Part shown: positions 8,967 through 17,639 of the stretch, one piece after another
Layout of the letters: each line of letters starts with the position of its first letter
Position numbering within the stretch: position 1 is the first letter of the stretch
Source: Vampirovibrionaceae bacterium NZW_1234
Lineage (GTDB): Bacteria; Cyanobacteriota; Vampirovibrionia; Vampirovibrionales; JAGQHJ01
Direction: 5' to 3'
DNA: 28,228 bases
NCBI GenBank assembly: GCA_041697335.1
Contig: JBGUGD010000041.1
Location: 1 to 28,228, forward strand
Notes under the pieces: generated by a model
Told to the model about the DNA's origin: nothing
Seen by the model: only the letters and a program-made list of their open reading frames with translations
Databases searched by the model: none
Position numbers and translations under genes: made by a program

Positions 8967-9812
8967 CTATTTTGCAGCTTTTTTGTAGTTGGCGCCCGGT
9001 ACGGATTTCCAGTTAGCGGCCATAATCATTTTGTAAGCTTTCAATGCGGTGTCTTCAATTTCACCGAGCTCTTCAGCGGCCATAATCAAATCACGTAACG
9101 GAAGCAGGGCACGTTGGTCTTTAATCAAGCCCAATGCAGCAGCGGCACCGGCCCGAACGAGATCGTTTTCCTCTTTGTTTTGCAGAGTTTTGATCAATGC
9201 GGGAACCGCTTTCTTGTCACCCAGTTTACCCAGGGACTGAACAGCGTAGATCCGAACATTGACCCACTCATCGGTCAACATCTCGATCAGCGGAGCAACA
9301 GCACGGTTGTCACCGAGTTCGCCCAAGGCACGGGTGGCGTCACAGCGGACGTTCACTTTTTCGTGCGACAAGGATTCGATCAACGGTTTAACCGCGACGC
9401 CGCCGATTTCAACCAACGCATCAGCTGCAGTAACGCAAACCTGGCTGTTGGAATCGCTTAACGCTTCCACTAAGGGCAGAACGACTTCTTCGCCACCGAG
9501 GCGGCCAAGAGCACGTGCTGCACGGACACGAACATCAACGTTACGGTCATTAACCAATGCGTCGATCAACGGTTGGGTAGCGCTGGAATCACCCAGTTCG
9601 CCTAAGGCACGTGCAGCGTACAAACGTACGGAACCATTTTTATCGTTGATTAAAACATCGATTAATGGTTCGACAGCACTGGGATCACCGAGTTCACCCA
9701 ACATCCGAGCGGCGTTGTAGCGGATTTTTTCGGACGGGCTGTTTTTCAGCTCATTTAAAAGCTCATCAAAGGACTTTTCAGCCTTGCTTTTTTTAACGGT
9801 CGTGCTAGCCAT
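8967..9812 (-). CDS. HEAT-repeat (PBS-lyase HEAT-like) protein
   Basis: About 7 tandem ~31 aa repeats of the form VRxxAARALGELGDxxAVxPLIxxL; SD AAGGAG. Confidence 0.92.
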   Translation of the reverse strand: MASTTVKKSKAEKSFDELLNELKNSPSEKIRYNAARMLGELGDPSAVEPLIDVLINDKNGSVRLYAARALGELGDSSATQPLIDALVNDRNVDVRVRAARALGRLGGEEVVLPLVEALSDSNSQVCVTAADALVEIGGVAVKPLIESLSHEKVNVRCDATRALGELGDNRAVAPLIEMLTDEWVNVRIYAVQSLGKLGDKKAVPALIKTLQNKEENDLVRAGAAAALGLIKDQRALLPLRDLIMAAEELGEIEDTALKAYKMIMAANWKSVPGANYKKAAK

Positions 9813-10007
9813 ATCTCCTTTGTCCCTCCAGAGATGTATCGTACGTGTTACATCGCAAGTACCTCCCGCTTTACTAAAAAGTTTTACCCTGTGACCTACA
9901 TATATTTAAAAAAGGAGGGTTTGCTTTTTGTGCGCGTTTGGCCTTGAATGTTAACTGGAACTTTACAACGTCTGTTTGTTCATTACTAACCACAGTGAGT
10001 GATAGTA

Positions 10008-10016
10008 AATATAGCA
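10008..10016 (-). promoter_or_regulatory. Extended -10 element, candidate promoter of the HEAT gene (~190 nt leader)
   Basis: TGCTATATT on the minus strand. Confidence 0.35.
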
Positions 10017-10384
10017 TAGCGTCCAAATTACACCTAATGGTTTTTTGGTAGGGGTTGTATACAAAACTTAATCATAACTTGAAAAATGGCCGCTTGAGAC
10101 AGTTTCACAAAAATAACGATTCGTCAACTAGGCTTTACATTTGTTTACTTTTTGTGGAAAGTCATTGAAGCTTCCGCTTTTTTGTCCTCCATGCCATCGG
10201 GCCTGCTTTTTGGCTCTTGGTATGACTCTGTTTTTGTCAGGAGGGGGGAGGGCTGTCGAAGGATTTTTACCCAAGGTAGGCGAGAAACTGCCACGCCTGT
10301 GCCATCTTTTAGTTTTCTATAGATATAGTAAATTGGTTTAGGCGGACCTGAAGGTGCTGGGCTGGTGGCATTCGGGTGACGCAA

Positions 10385-10412
10385 TTTACATTTATAGGAC
10401 ATTTGCTATAAT
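10385..10412 (+). promoter_or_regulatory. Sigma70 promoter
   Basis: TTTACA-N16-TATAAT with TG extension (TGCTATAAT), upstream of the 10540 gene. Confidence 0.6.
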
Positions 10413-10539
10413 CGCTTTCATGACTTGGCACAAAATGCCATGGGTTGGGTTTTAACACACTGTTGGTCTTCAGGTGAGCTTGGGAGTGCCTAAGGCTGAT
10501 CCGTAGCGTTGGGACGTGAGAACAAGGAGTATCTCATTA

Positions 10540-11196
10540 ATGGGAGTGAATGTGACTGTGCCGTTGATAACGGCCAACATGAACCGTTGTGGTGGAACAA
10601 TGCCATCCGCAGCGCAAGTGCGCTTTGGGCTTGTTAGTGACGTGACGAGGCCGGTGTCGGCTGTTGCTCGGGTAAACTCTCAGCAGCAGGACAGCGGGGG
10701 TGGATCCACGGCATCGGTATTAAGGCGTTTGATTTTAAGGTCCAGGTTGGGGCCGCATCATTTGCCAACCGCAGCGGAGAAAGCGGTCATTGCCAAGCTT
10801 GGGCACCTAAACCAAGCCTTGCAAGGTCAACAGGTTGACGTCAGAGAGCCGGGCGTAATGGAAGTCCACTCCGATGGCCGGAGGACATCCTCGGGGCTTC
10901 GGGTTGCTATCGATGGCATTGTTTATCGGATTGAGGCGCAATATCGCCACAAAAGAGGGTTTTTGACTGATTCTCTGGAAAAGGGACTCACGGTGCGAAA
11001 TGATCAGGGCAAGCTCCTCATCGGCAGCCAGACTGCTTCATGGTCCAACCCGCTTTGGGCAACGGTTCAGCAACGAGTACAAACCAACTTTCCAGGAGGC
11101 AGACTGTATCTCAAAGAACACCATAAAGCAGTTCACGAGGCTTTGGACCAGTTGTTTGACACGCTCAAGCCGTTGTTGAAATTGACACCCGGCTGA
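10540..11196 (+). CDS. Hypothetical protein with N-terminal VRFG motif
   Basis: ORF 10516..11196; ATG 10540 follows SD AAGGAG. Has a promoter upstream and a terminator downstream. No known domain. Confidence 0.75.
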   Translation: MGVNVTVPLITANMNRCGGTMPSAAQVRFGLVSDVTRPVSAVARVNSQQQDSGGGSTASVLRRLILRSRLGPHHLPTAAEKAVIAKLGHLNQALQGQQVDVREPGVMEVHSDGRRTSSGLRVAIDGIVYRIEAQYRHKRGFLTDSLEKGLTVRNDQGKLLIGSQTASWSNPLWATVQQRVQTNFPGGRLYLKEHHKAVHEALDQLFDTLKPLLKLTPG

Positions 11197-11219
11197 AGCG
11201 TTATGCCCTAGAGGTGTGC

Positions 11220-11256
11220 AAAAAAAAGCCGATTTTTGACTCAAAAATCGGCTTCT
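11220..11256. terminator. Intrinsic terminator hairpin
   Basis: AAGCCGATTTTTGA-C-TCAAAAATCGGCTT perfect 14-bp inverted repeat preceded by an A-tract. Confidence 0.7.
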
Positions 11257-11528
11257 TCGTGTTCTATCGCATCTGTTATCCGGTAGGCCACGCATGGGGC
11301 TTATGTTACCGGGCTGATGCATCGTTTGTGTCTTGTGTATTTCATCGTTAAAAAAACGTGGTCCATAATAAAACCATAGCGCCACAGGCTTGTCAACCAC
11401 GGCACATGGTTGACATCGCGCTGGGTGGCCTCGCGTATTGTTTGGCTTCTAGGTACAATAAGACCATGGCCATGGGCCCTGGGGTCTCTTGTTGTTGGCC
11501 ATGATGTTCAAAGGAAGACCAGGTATCT

Positions 11529-12104
11529 ATGATTCGCATTAGCGGCGGTCGTTTTCGAGGCCGCCAGATTCATTGTCCCAAAGGGAAAGAGGTGCGTCCG
11601 ACGACGGCCTTTGTCCGGGAGAGTTTGTTTAGTATTTTAGGACCCCAGATTCAAGAGGCCCGATTTTTGGACTTGTTTGCCGGGTGTGGCATTGTTGGGG
11701 TTGAGGCATTGAGTCGGGGCGCTTCTTCAGTAACGGCTGTTGAACGGGCAGCGGCGCATTGCCGCTTGTTGGAAAAGAATCGCGAACACCTGGGCCTCGC
11801 TTCCTCAGAATATGAGGTTCTCTGTCAGGATGTATTTACCTGGGCGTCACGATTACCAGAGCGTTGTCCGGAACATCAACAGAAAGACGTGGTTTATTTG
11901 GATCCGCCCTACGCTCTGACTGGGGTGGATGCTGTTGTTGCTGCTTGCTTCCAGCATCATCTGCTGTCGTCTTACGGCGTGCTTATCTGGGAGACAGCGG
12001 CTCAAGTCTCACCTAAAGCCCCTCCAGGAGTTGTCATAGCGGACCAGAGGCGCTATGGCACATCGATGCTGTCGTTTTTTAAATATCTTGATCCGGAATC
12101 ATAA
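11529..12104 (+). CDS. rsmD: 16S rRNA (guanine966-N2)-methyltransferase RsmD
   Basis: IRISGG..RGR, RPT...VRESLF, FLDLFAGCG.VG.EALSRGA, DPPY and RYG motifs. Confidence 0.93.
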   Translation: MIRISGGRFRGRQIHCPKGKEVRPTTAFVRESLFSILGPQIQEARFLDLFAGCGIVGVEALSRGASSVTAVERAAAHCRLLEKNREHLGLASSEYEVLCQDVFTWASRLPERCPEHQQKDVVYLDPPYALTGVDAVVAACFQHHLLSSYGVLIWETAAQVSPKAPPGVVIADQRRYGTSMLSFFKYLDPES

Positions 12105-13776
12105 CCAGTAATACGTTATGCGACAGAGTTGAAAAGCTAAGGGTTTCGTTTTGGAGTGCTTTCCACAAGGTCCATAAGGTTAAAGGTTCATTCCATTGCC
12201 ATGAGTGACCAACCAGGAAGGCGTCTTCCCGAACGGAATCGGGTAAGTCGTAGTACTGGGCTTCAGGCAGAATCATGTATAAGGGACCACGCCGGGTCTG
12301 GATCAGCGATTCCAGTTGGACCTGATTATGAGCGGGCAGGACTTTGTTTTGCAGTGGGGTCAAGAACCGGATAGCTGTCGGCTGATTTTGATTGGGGGCC
12401 CACTCGATAATGGCGGCATCCGGGTTCTTCAAATCTGTTTGGCTGACCAATGGGGCAAGGACCTGGGTCGGTTCATGCAGGAACAGGGGTTCGATAGTGT
12501 ACTTGGTGAGCATACAAAGCAACAAGCCGCAGGGAATCAGATACATTGGCATGGCACGGCTAATGGTGACATCTCTTAAAAACAATAGGGCGACCGCAAT
12601 GGTCGGCAAGGAGAGGGAGAATAACAGGAACCGGCTGCCCATACCGGGTGGGGCAATTTGATCGGTGAGCAGAATAAAAATAACGCTCAGAAATAAGGAC
12701 AGCAAGATGATACTATCGACCACCCATTGTAAAGAGTTAGGCACAATGGGGTTTCGAAACACTTCGCTCAGGTAAAACCCAATCCACAAAATGGCTGGCA
12801 TGATCAAGAGCAGGGAAAAAGCTTCATGGAACTTGGAAAAGAAGATAAGATAAATGCCGCTCCACACCATCCAGGCCGCCATCACGAACAGGGATTTCTG
12901 ATAGCTTAAAATGGCCCGGTTCCACATGTCCTTGTTTAACACGGCGGGCACAATCAGCGGTAACACGGGTAAGAAATACAAAATAGGTTCCCCGATGTGC
13001 TGAAGGCCAGGACTGAAAGGAAGGAGGGTCTGAAGGTAAGGGATAAAGCCAATGGAGAAGATGCTTAAGGCACTCCAAATTAAAATAATGGCTGCCATTG
13101 GGGTCAGCATCCAGGTGTAGTGAATATCTTCGAAGAGTTCGGTTCGATTACTCAGATAGACTGAAGAGCCCATAATGAGCAGTGGAAAGGCAACACCGGG
13201 CAAACCAAAGGTACAGAACATCAGTCCCAGGGTGCAGCCAATGAGGATGAAATGCACATAAAGGCTTTTTGCAAAGGTACGTGAGCGAAAGGCACTGTCA
13301 AACCAATGAAAGAAAAGCATGAGGGTGATTAAAACCAGCATTACATAGAGCATAGCCCCGTTGGCTAAATGGCTATTGGTGAAAAAACCCCAGGACGCCA
13401 GAATAAAGCCGGTGCTGAGCATGCCAACCGAGGTGTGAAAGAAGCGAGACGCAAGAACATAAAACAGATATAGGGTCAGGAGGCTGATGACCAGCATCAG
13501 GGCCCGTGCCGTGATAATGGTCGTTGAAAAAAACTTGAAGACAGCACTGACAAAGACGGTCAGTAACGGTGAGATGGGGATTTGCAGTACTTCATTATAA
13601 GTTGGGTAGAAAAAGCCGTGGTTATGTAGGGCCTCTCGGGCGGTTTCAATCAGTTGAAGCTCGTTTCCAATGGGTGGTCCGGCGAGTTGTGAGCCCCACC
13701 AGTACACCAAGGCCAAAACGACGACCACACCAGTGTCGATTAGGGTGCTCCGCAAAAGGGGGAGTATCTGTTTCAT
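12079..13776 (-). CDS. ArnT/PMT-like (GT-C fold) polytopic membrane glycosyltransferase, divergent
   Basis: About 12-13 TM segments. E...ETAREAL....F.P.YN.....PL resembles the ArnT N-terminal loop; also an AR.....S motif and a C-terminal soluble domain. Confidence 0.7.
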   Translation of the reverse strand: MKQILPLLRSTLIDTGVVVVLALVYWWGSQLAGPPIGNELQLIETAREALHNHGFFYPTYNEVLQIPISPLLTVFVSAVFKFFSTTIITARALMLVISLLTLYLFYVLASRFFHTSVGMLSTGFILASWGFFTNSHLANGAMLYVMLVLITLMLFFHWFDSAFRSRTFAKSLYVHFILIGCTLGLMFCTFGLPGVAFPLLIMGSSVYLSNRTELFEDIHYTWMLTPMAAIILIWSALSIFSIGFIPYLQTLLPFSPGLQHIGEPILYFLPVLPLIVPAVLNKDMWNRAILSYQKSLFVMAAWMVWSGIYLIFFSKFHEAFSLLLIMPAILWIGFYLSEVFRNPIVPNSLQWVVDSIILLSLFLSVIFILLTDQIAPPGMGSRFLLFSLSLPTIAVALLFLRDVTISRAMPMYLIPCGLLLCMLTKYTIEPLFLHEPTQVLAPLVSQTDLKNPDAAIIEWAPNQNQPTAIRFLTPLQNKVLPAHNQVQLESLIQTRRGPLYMILPEAQYYDLPDSVREDAFLVGHSWQWNEPLTLWTLWKALQNETLSFSTLSHNVLLVMIPDQDI

Positions 13777-13890
13777 GCCACTCTCATTGTTTCCAAGGAC
13801 CTTGATGACATTATACAGAACGTCACTCGGAAAGATAAGACGCGGCCTTATCCGCCCAATGTCATTTCGGCAAGTCGCCTGGACAATTGT

Positions 13891-15087
13891 TTACCGTGCG
13901 GCTGAGCGGGAGGGAGGCCCGCCCATCAGGCTCAACAAATGCTGTGTTGCCCATGTTTTATTTGTGAGAAGCGATTGTCGGTCATCCTGGGAGAGTTGCG
14001 GGTCTTTTAACAGCAGATTAATGTTGGCGAGTGCTTTTTGCAGATGGTGTCGCGCTTTCGTGTTCTGACCTTGTTGCATATCGGATTTGGCTTGCTGGAT
14101 GAGGGCTTGAGCTAATGTATGACGCGCCTGGTTTTGATAAGGATTGGGACGCTGAGCGACGGCGTTCAGGCGCGATATAGCCTCTTGAAGACGATTTGCA
14201 TAGAAGGCTGACAGGCCAGTATAGTACTGAGCCTCAACGTTTTGGGGAGCCTGTCGAGTAGCGTCGGCGAAGGAAAGGTAGGCTTGCTGGAACTGCCGGT
14301 TCTGAAAATACCGATGTCCTATGTTCATGGCCTTTTTCTCGGCCATTCCCGAAGGTTTTGTTTCTTGGGACGGTCTTTGTGCTTTTTGATGTTTTGGAGA
14401 AGGTTCATCTGTACCGAGGTGCACACCCTCGGCATTGGTAATATGGGCGGGACGACTGTAGATAAGACGCATGGTCTCGATGTCCCTTGGGGACAAGCGA
14501 TAAACCCCTTCGTGAAGCGTGGGGTACATAATGTCTTTGGGGTCATTGCTGTGTCCGTTCATCCCCAGGGCATGGCCAATTTCATGCAAGGCAATGGCTT
14601 TGATGATGCGCTTGTCCAGTGGCTTGCCCTGAGAGGTTAGGGTGATTTCAACATCGGCATTGATTAACGTGTGACCGCGAAAGACATTGGGCCGCTCAAT
14701 TCCGAGAACGCCTTTTTCCGAAAACCCATTGCGCCAGTGAACCGCAATGTCCGTCAGGCGAGGATCCTGTGTTTCCCGGAACGTGAGTTTGTAATTCAGG
14801 GCCCGAGACCACTCTTCAAAGGCATCACGGACAATTTGATCTTTGAGGAAATTCCACTGTGTATAGTCCCATCCCGGTGAGTTCTGAAGGTTGTCGAGCT
14901 TGTAATAGATGACCCGGGTCTGATCGTTGAACCGCTGAAGATATTTCCCGCCCACCAGGATGCGATCGTAATAGTCGCCGCTACTGGCCATTGTGCTTGA
15001 TGTCAACCCAGCAAGAAGGCATAGGGTAACTATCCCTAAGGCGTTAACGCGATGAACCACACTTCGGAAAAACTTAGGAAGTGTCAC
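13891..15087 (-). CDS. Secreted matrixin-family (M10-like) zinc metalloprotease with C-terminal TPRs
   Basis: Signal peptide, HEIGHALGMNGHS, Met-turn DIMYP, LSPRDI, TPR-like helices (AQYYTGLS). Confidence 0.88.
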   Translation of the reverse strand: MTLPKFFRSVVHRVNALGIVTLCLLAGLTSSTMASSGDYYDRILVGGKYLQRFNDQTRVIYYKLDNLQNSPGWDYTQWNFLKDQIVRDAFEEWSRALNYKLTFRETQDPRLTDIAVHWRNGFSEKGVLGIERPNVFRGHTLINADVEITLTSQGKPLDKRIIKAIALHEIGHALGMNGHSNDPKDIMYPTLHEGVYRLSPRDIETMRLIYSRPAHITNAEGVHLGTDEPSPKHQKAQRPSQETKPSGMAEKKAMNIGHRYFQNRQFQQAYLSFADATRQAPQNVEAQYYTGLSAFYANRLQEAISRLNAVAQRPNPYQNQARHTLAQALIQQAKSDMQQGQNTKARHHLQKALANINLLLKDPQLSQDDRQSLLTNKTWATQHLLSLMGGPPSRSAAR

Positions 15088-15094
15088 AATGGAG

Positions 15095-16216
15095 TTAGTC
15101 TCGCTTATGAGCCATTAAGGCGCCAATTTTATCCCGGTAATCCGTGGCGGACTTGCGAATATCGGCGGGGCTTTTTGGGTTTTTCGATACGGTGTCGTAA
15201 TATTTTTGGGCCTGGCTTAATTTGGCAAAGCCACTTTGATTTTTTTGCGCCTGAATATCTTTTGCCCCGGTGATGCGAAGGGCTGTGGCCAGGTAATACA
15301 TGGCATTGGCCTGCTCGTCACTCGGCTTGGCAGAAAACTGTTTCAAATGCTTGATGGCATCGTCATATTTTTTGATGTTGAATGCCGTGATGCCCACCAG
15401 GTAATCGATTTTGGGATCTTTGGGAAATGCTTGCTGGGCTTTTGAAAAGTCTTGATAGGCTTCCTCATAGTTTTGACGTTTGGTTGCCGCATAGCCGAGG
15501 GACATATGATGTTCGAACTCACGGTATTGCAACAGATGAATGCCGGGTGGATTGGTGACGTCAGCCTTTCGTTTGTAAAGTGTCTGGATGGTTGCAATAT
15601 CGCGTGGGGACAAGCGACTTTGACCCGCTTGCATCTGCTTGTACATAATGTCCTTTGGGTTGGCACTGTGGCCTCGAATGCCCAGCATATGCCCAATCTC
15701 ATGGAGGGCGACAGCCCGAAGCTGCTCATCGGTGAAGAGTTGGCCTCGCGAGTTTCGGAGTGAAATGGTTAATGAAGCATCCGTCACAATATCGCCGTTC
15801 CATCGGAGGTTCTGGTGACCAATTTGCTGGCCGTTGCTATTGGACGCCCATTTCACCACCACGTCGGTTTTGGCTGGATTGTTGGAGAAGTTAAATTTTA
15901 TTTTGCCGTTTAAGGCGGATTGCCATTCCTCAAAAGCGTCTCTAACGATGGTGGCTGCCTTTGGTGTCCAGTCCGGAATCGATTTTCCAGAGATGAGCGC
16001 TACTTCAATGACCTTAGTGCTATCGTTCCAGCGCTGTACCAATTTGCCATTGAGAAGGGCTTCTTTAATATAGGTGTCATTGGTGTCAATTTTTGCCGGT
16101 GGGGCATCTGTGGGTGTGGCTTTTTGAGCCCATCCCAACAAGGGTGTCACCAATAGCGCCCCTATGATAAAGAGGGCTGTCGTCCACTTCAGGTTGTACC
16201 GTGTCATTATCATCAT
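15095..16216 (-). CDS. Secreted matrixin-family zinc metalloprotease with C-terminal TPRs (paralog)
   Basis: Signal peptide, HEIGHMLGIRGHS, DIMYK, LSPRDI, TPR helices. Shares IVRDAFEEW with the adjacent paralog. Confidence 0.88.
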   Translation of the reverse strand: MMIMTRYNLKWTTALFIIGALLVTPLLGWAQKATPTDAPPAKIDTNDTYIKEALLNGKLVQRWNDSTKVIEVALISGKSIPDWTPKAATIVRDAFEEWQSALNGKIKFNFSNNPAKTDVVVKWASNSNGQQIGHQNLRWNGDIVTDASLTISLRNSRGQLFTDEQLRAVALHEIGHMLGIRGHSANPKDIMYKQMQAGQSRLSPRDIATIQTLYKRKADVTNPPGIHLLQYREFEHHMSLGYAATKRQNYEEAYQDFSKAQQAFPKDPKIDYLVGITAFNIKKYDDAIKHLKQFSAKPSDEQANAMYYLATALRITGAKDIQAQKNQSGFAKLSQAQKYYDTVSKNPKSPADIRKSATDYRDKIGALMAHKRD

Positions 16217-16223
16217 GGTAAAG

Positions 16224-16250
16224 ATATCGGCATGAAGGCGTTAAAATTTA
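16224..16250 (-). promoter_or_regulatory. Sigma28 promoter of the matrixin operon
   Basis: TAAA-N15-GCCGATAT, ending 7 nt before ATG 16216. Confidence 0.72.
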
Positions 16251-16262
16251 GAAACGGGCTTA

Positions 16263-17516
16263 TTAAAGTTCAGCCGGGGATTCTTGGAATGCGTCGTCAA
16301 TATTGCTTTGAGAGGGGCAATTTGCTTGTAGGGTAATGCCAATCATCGTTTTTGGATGAGTGTTTTCATAGGCAATAACAGCGTTGGCCACTCCCAATAA
16401 GGGAGCCTCCGCCGTATCAGAGATGACTCTGAACCATGCGCTCCATTGTTCCTGTTTTTGGTCTAGGGTTTGGTACAAGCTATCCCAAATACGTTTGCGA
16501 TCGTTGGGATGGATTTGCTCATAGCAGGCTTGAAAGGGGATAAAGTGCTGGAGTGAAGTGTCGACGGATTTTTGCGCTTCGGGGGGAGGGTGCCAGAGGA
16601 CTTTGTCTTTCTGAAAATCCCATTCCCAAAGGCATTGCTGGTTAAGACGTTGGAGCAATGCCAGCTTTTCTTGAAAGACATCCGGCAAGACTTGGTCTTG
16701 GTAGTCTCTGAGCAGTATGAAAAAGTCTGGTTCGCTTTCAGGGCTTGGAACTTTGAGTAAGGTCACGCGGAAATTCAAGGCATACCCATGTTTATGTTTC
16801 AGGGTTTTAAGATGATCTTGTGAATGGAAGTCATCGCCATTTAAGGACTGAAGCCATTGAGTCAGGGAACTGTCGCCATCAGGTGTAAGGCTTTCCCAGC
16901 TAAGGCGGCAATAATCCAGGTCATCCTGCGTATAGCCGAGCCGGTTTAATAATCCTGGACTGGCAGCCGTGATGATACCGTCACCATCGGTCAGGCAAAT
17001 GCAGTCTTCCATAGAGTTGAAAAGATCGCCAAGTTTTTCCAGCCGATTCTGAGGGCTGCTGTGGAGGCTCTGAATCTCCCAATGCCGGGATAAATTGTTT
17101 GTCGAATTTGGGAACAGCTTCCTGGGGGTGGATTCGCAGAGGGTAAGTAGCCCTTGAACTATTTTGCCTGAAGGGTTTTTTAGAGGAATGATTTTGAGAG
17201 TGCACTCGTTGAGACGCATCTTCGAGGGCAGTGCAAGTTGCACTTCTTTGCCAAACTTGAGCTCAGAGAGTATTGCGTGAATCTCTGAGTGGACATGCTG
17301 AGGCCACCATCCGAGTAGGGATGTACCTTCTGGTAGTCGGCCTTTTTGAAAAACCTTGCTCACAAAACCTGTGTTGGCAATACGGATGGGTAAGTTACTC
17401 GTGCATAAGCACACCAAAGCCAGAGGTTGAGGGCAAAGGTTGAGGACAAGTTCCAGTGATTGTAGCGGAAGGGCTTCCAAGGCCACGGCAACGCAGCCCT
17501 GAGAGTCTGTAGTCAT
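16263..17516 (-). CDS. Multi-PAS domain protein without an output domain
   Basis: PAS-like segments IRIANTGF, LFNSMEDCICLTDGDGIITAAS...LGYT and PAS_3-like LWEWDF...IHPNDR. No HisKA, GGDEF or EAL domain. Confidence 0.75.
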   Translation of the reverse strand: MTTDSQGCVAVALEALPLQSLELVLNLCPQPLALVCLCTSNLPIRIANTGFVSKVFQKGRLPEGTSLLGWWPQHVHSEIHAILSELKFGKEVQLALPSKMRLNECTLKIIPLKNPSGKIVQGLLTLCESTPRKLFPNSTNNLSRHWEIQSLHSSPQNRLEKLGDLFNSMEDCICLTDGDGIITAASPGLLNRLGYTQDDLDYCRLSWESLTPDGDSSLTQWLQSLNGDDFHSQDHLKTLKHKHGYALNFRVTLLKVPSPESEPDFFILLRDYQDQVLPDVFQEKLALLQRLNQQCLWEWDFQKDKVLWHPPPEAQKSVDTSLQHFIPFQACYEQIHPNDRKRIWDSLYQTLDQKQEQWSAWFRVISDTAEAPLLGVANAVIAYENTHPKTMIGITLQANCPSQSNIDDAFQESPAEL

Positions 17517-17639
17517 TTGGATGAGTATCAGTATGGACGCAACAGTGCATACGATACCACTATTCTGAAGCTACGTCAGGGGTAAATATTCGGTTTTACC
17601 TGGGAAAGAAAAAAAATTAGTTTCAACGATATCAAGCGC

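Noticed and set aside
10141..10402. Short ORFs in the HEAT/10540 intergenic region
   Set aside because: No clear SD or domain, and they overlap promoter elements.
11529..11561. RFRG near the RsmD N-terminus as another RFG leader
   Set aside because: It is part of the normal RsmD GGxxRGR motif.
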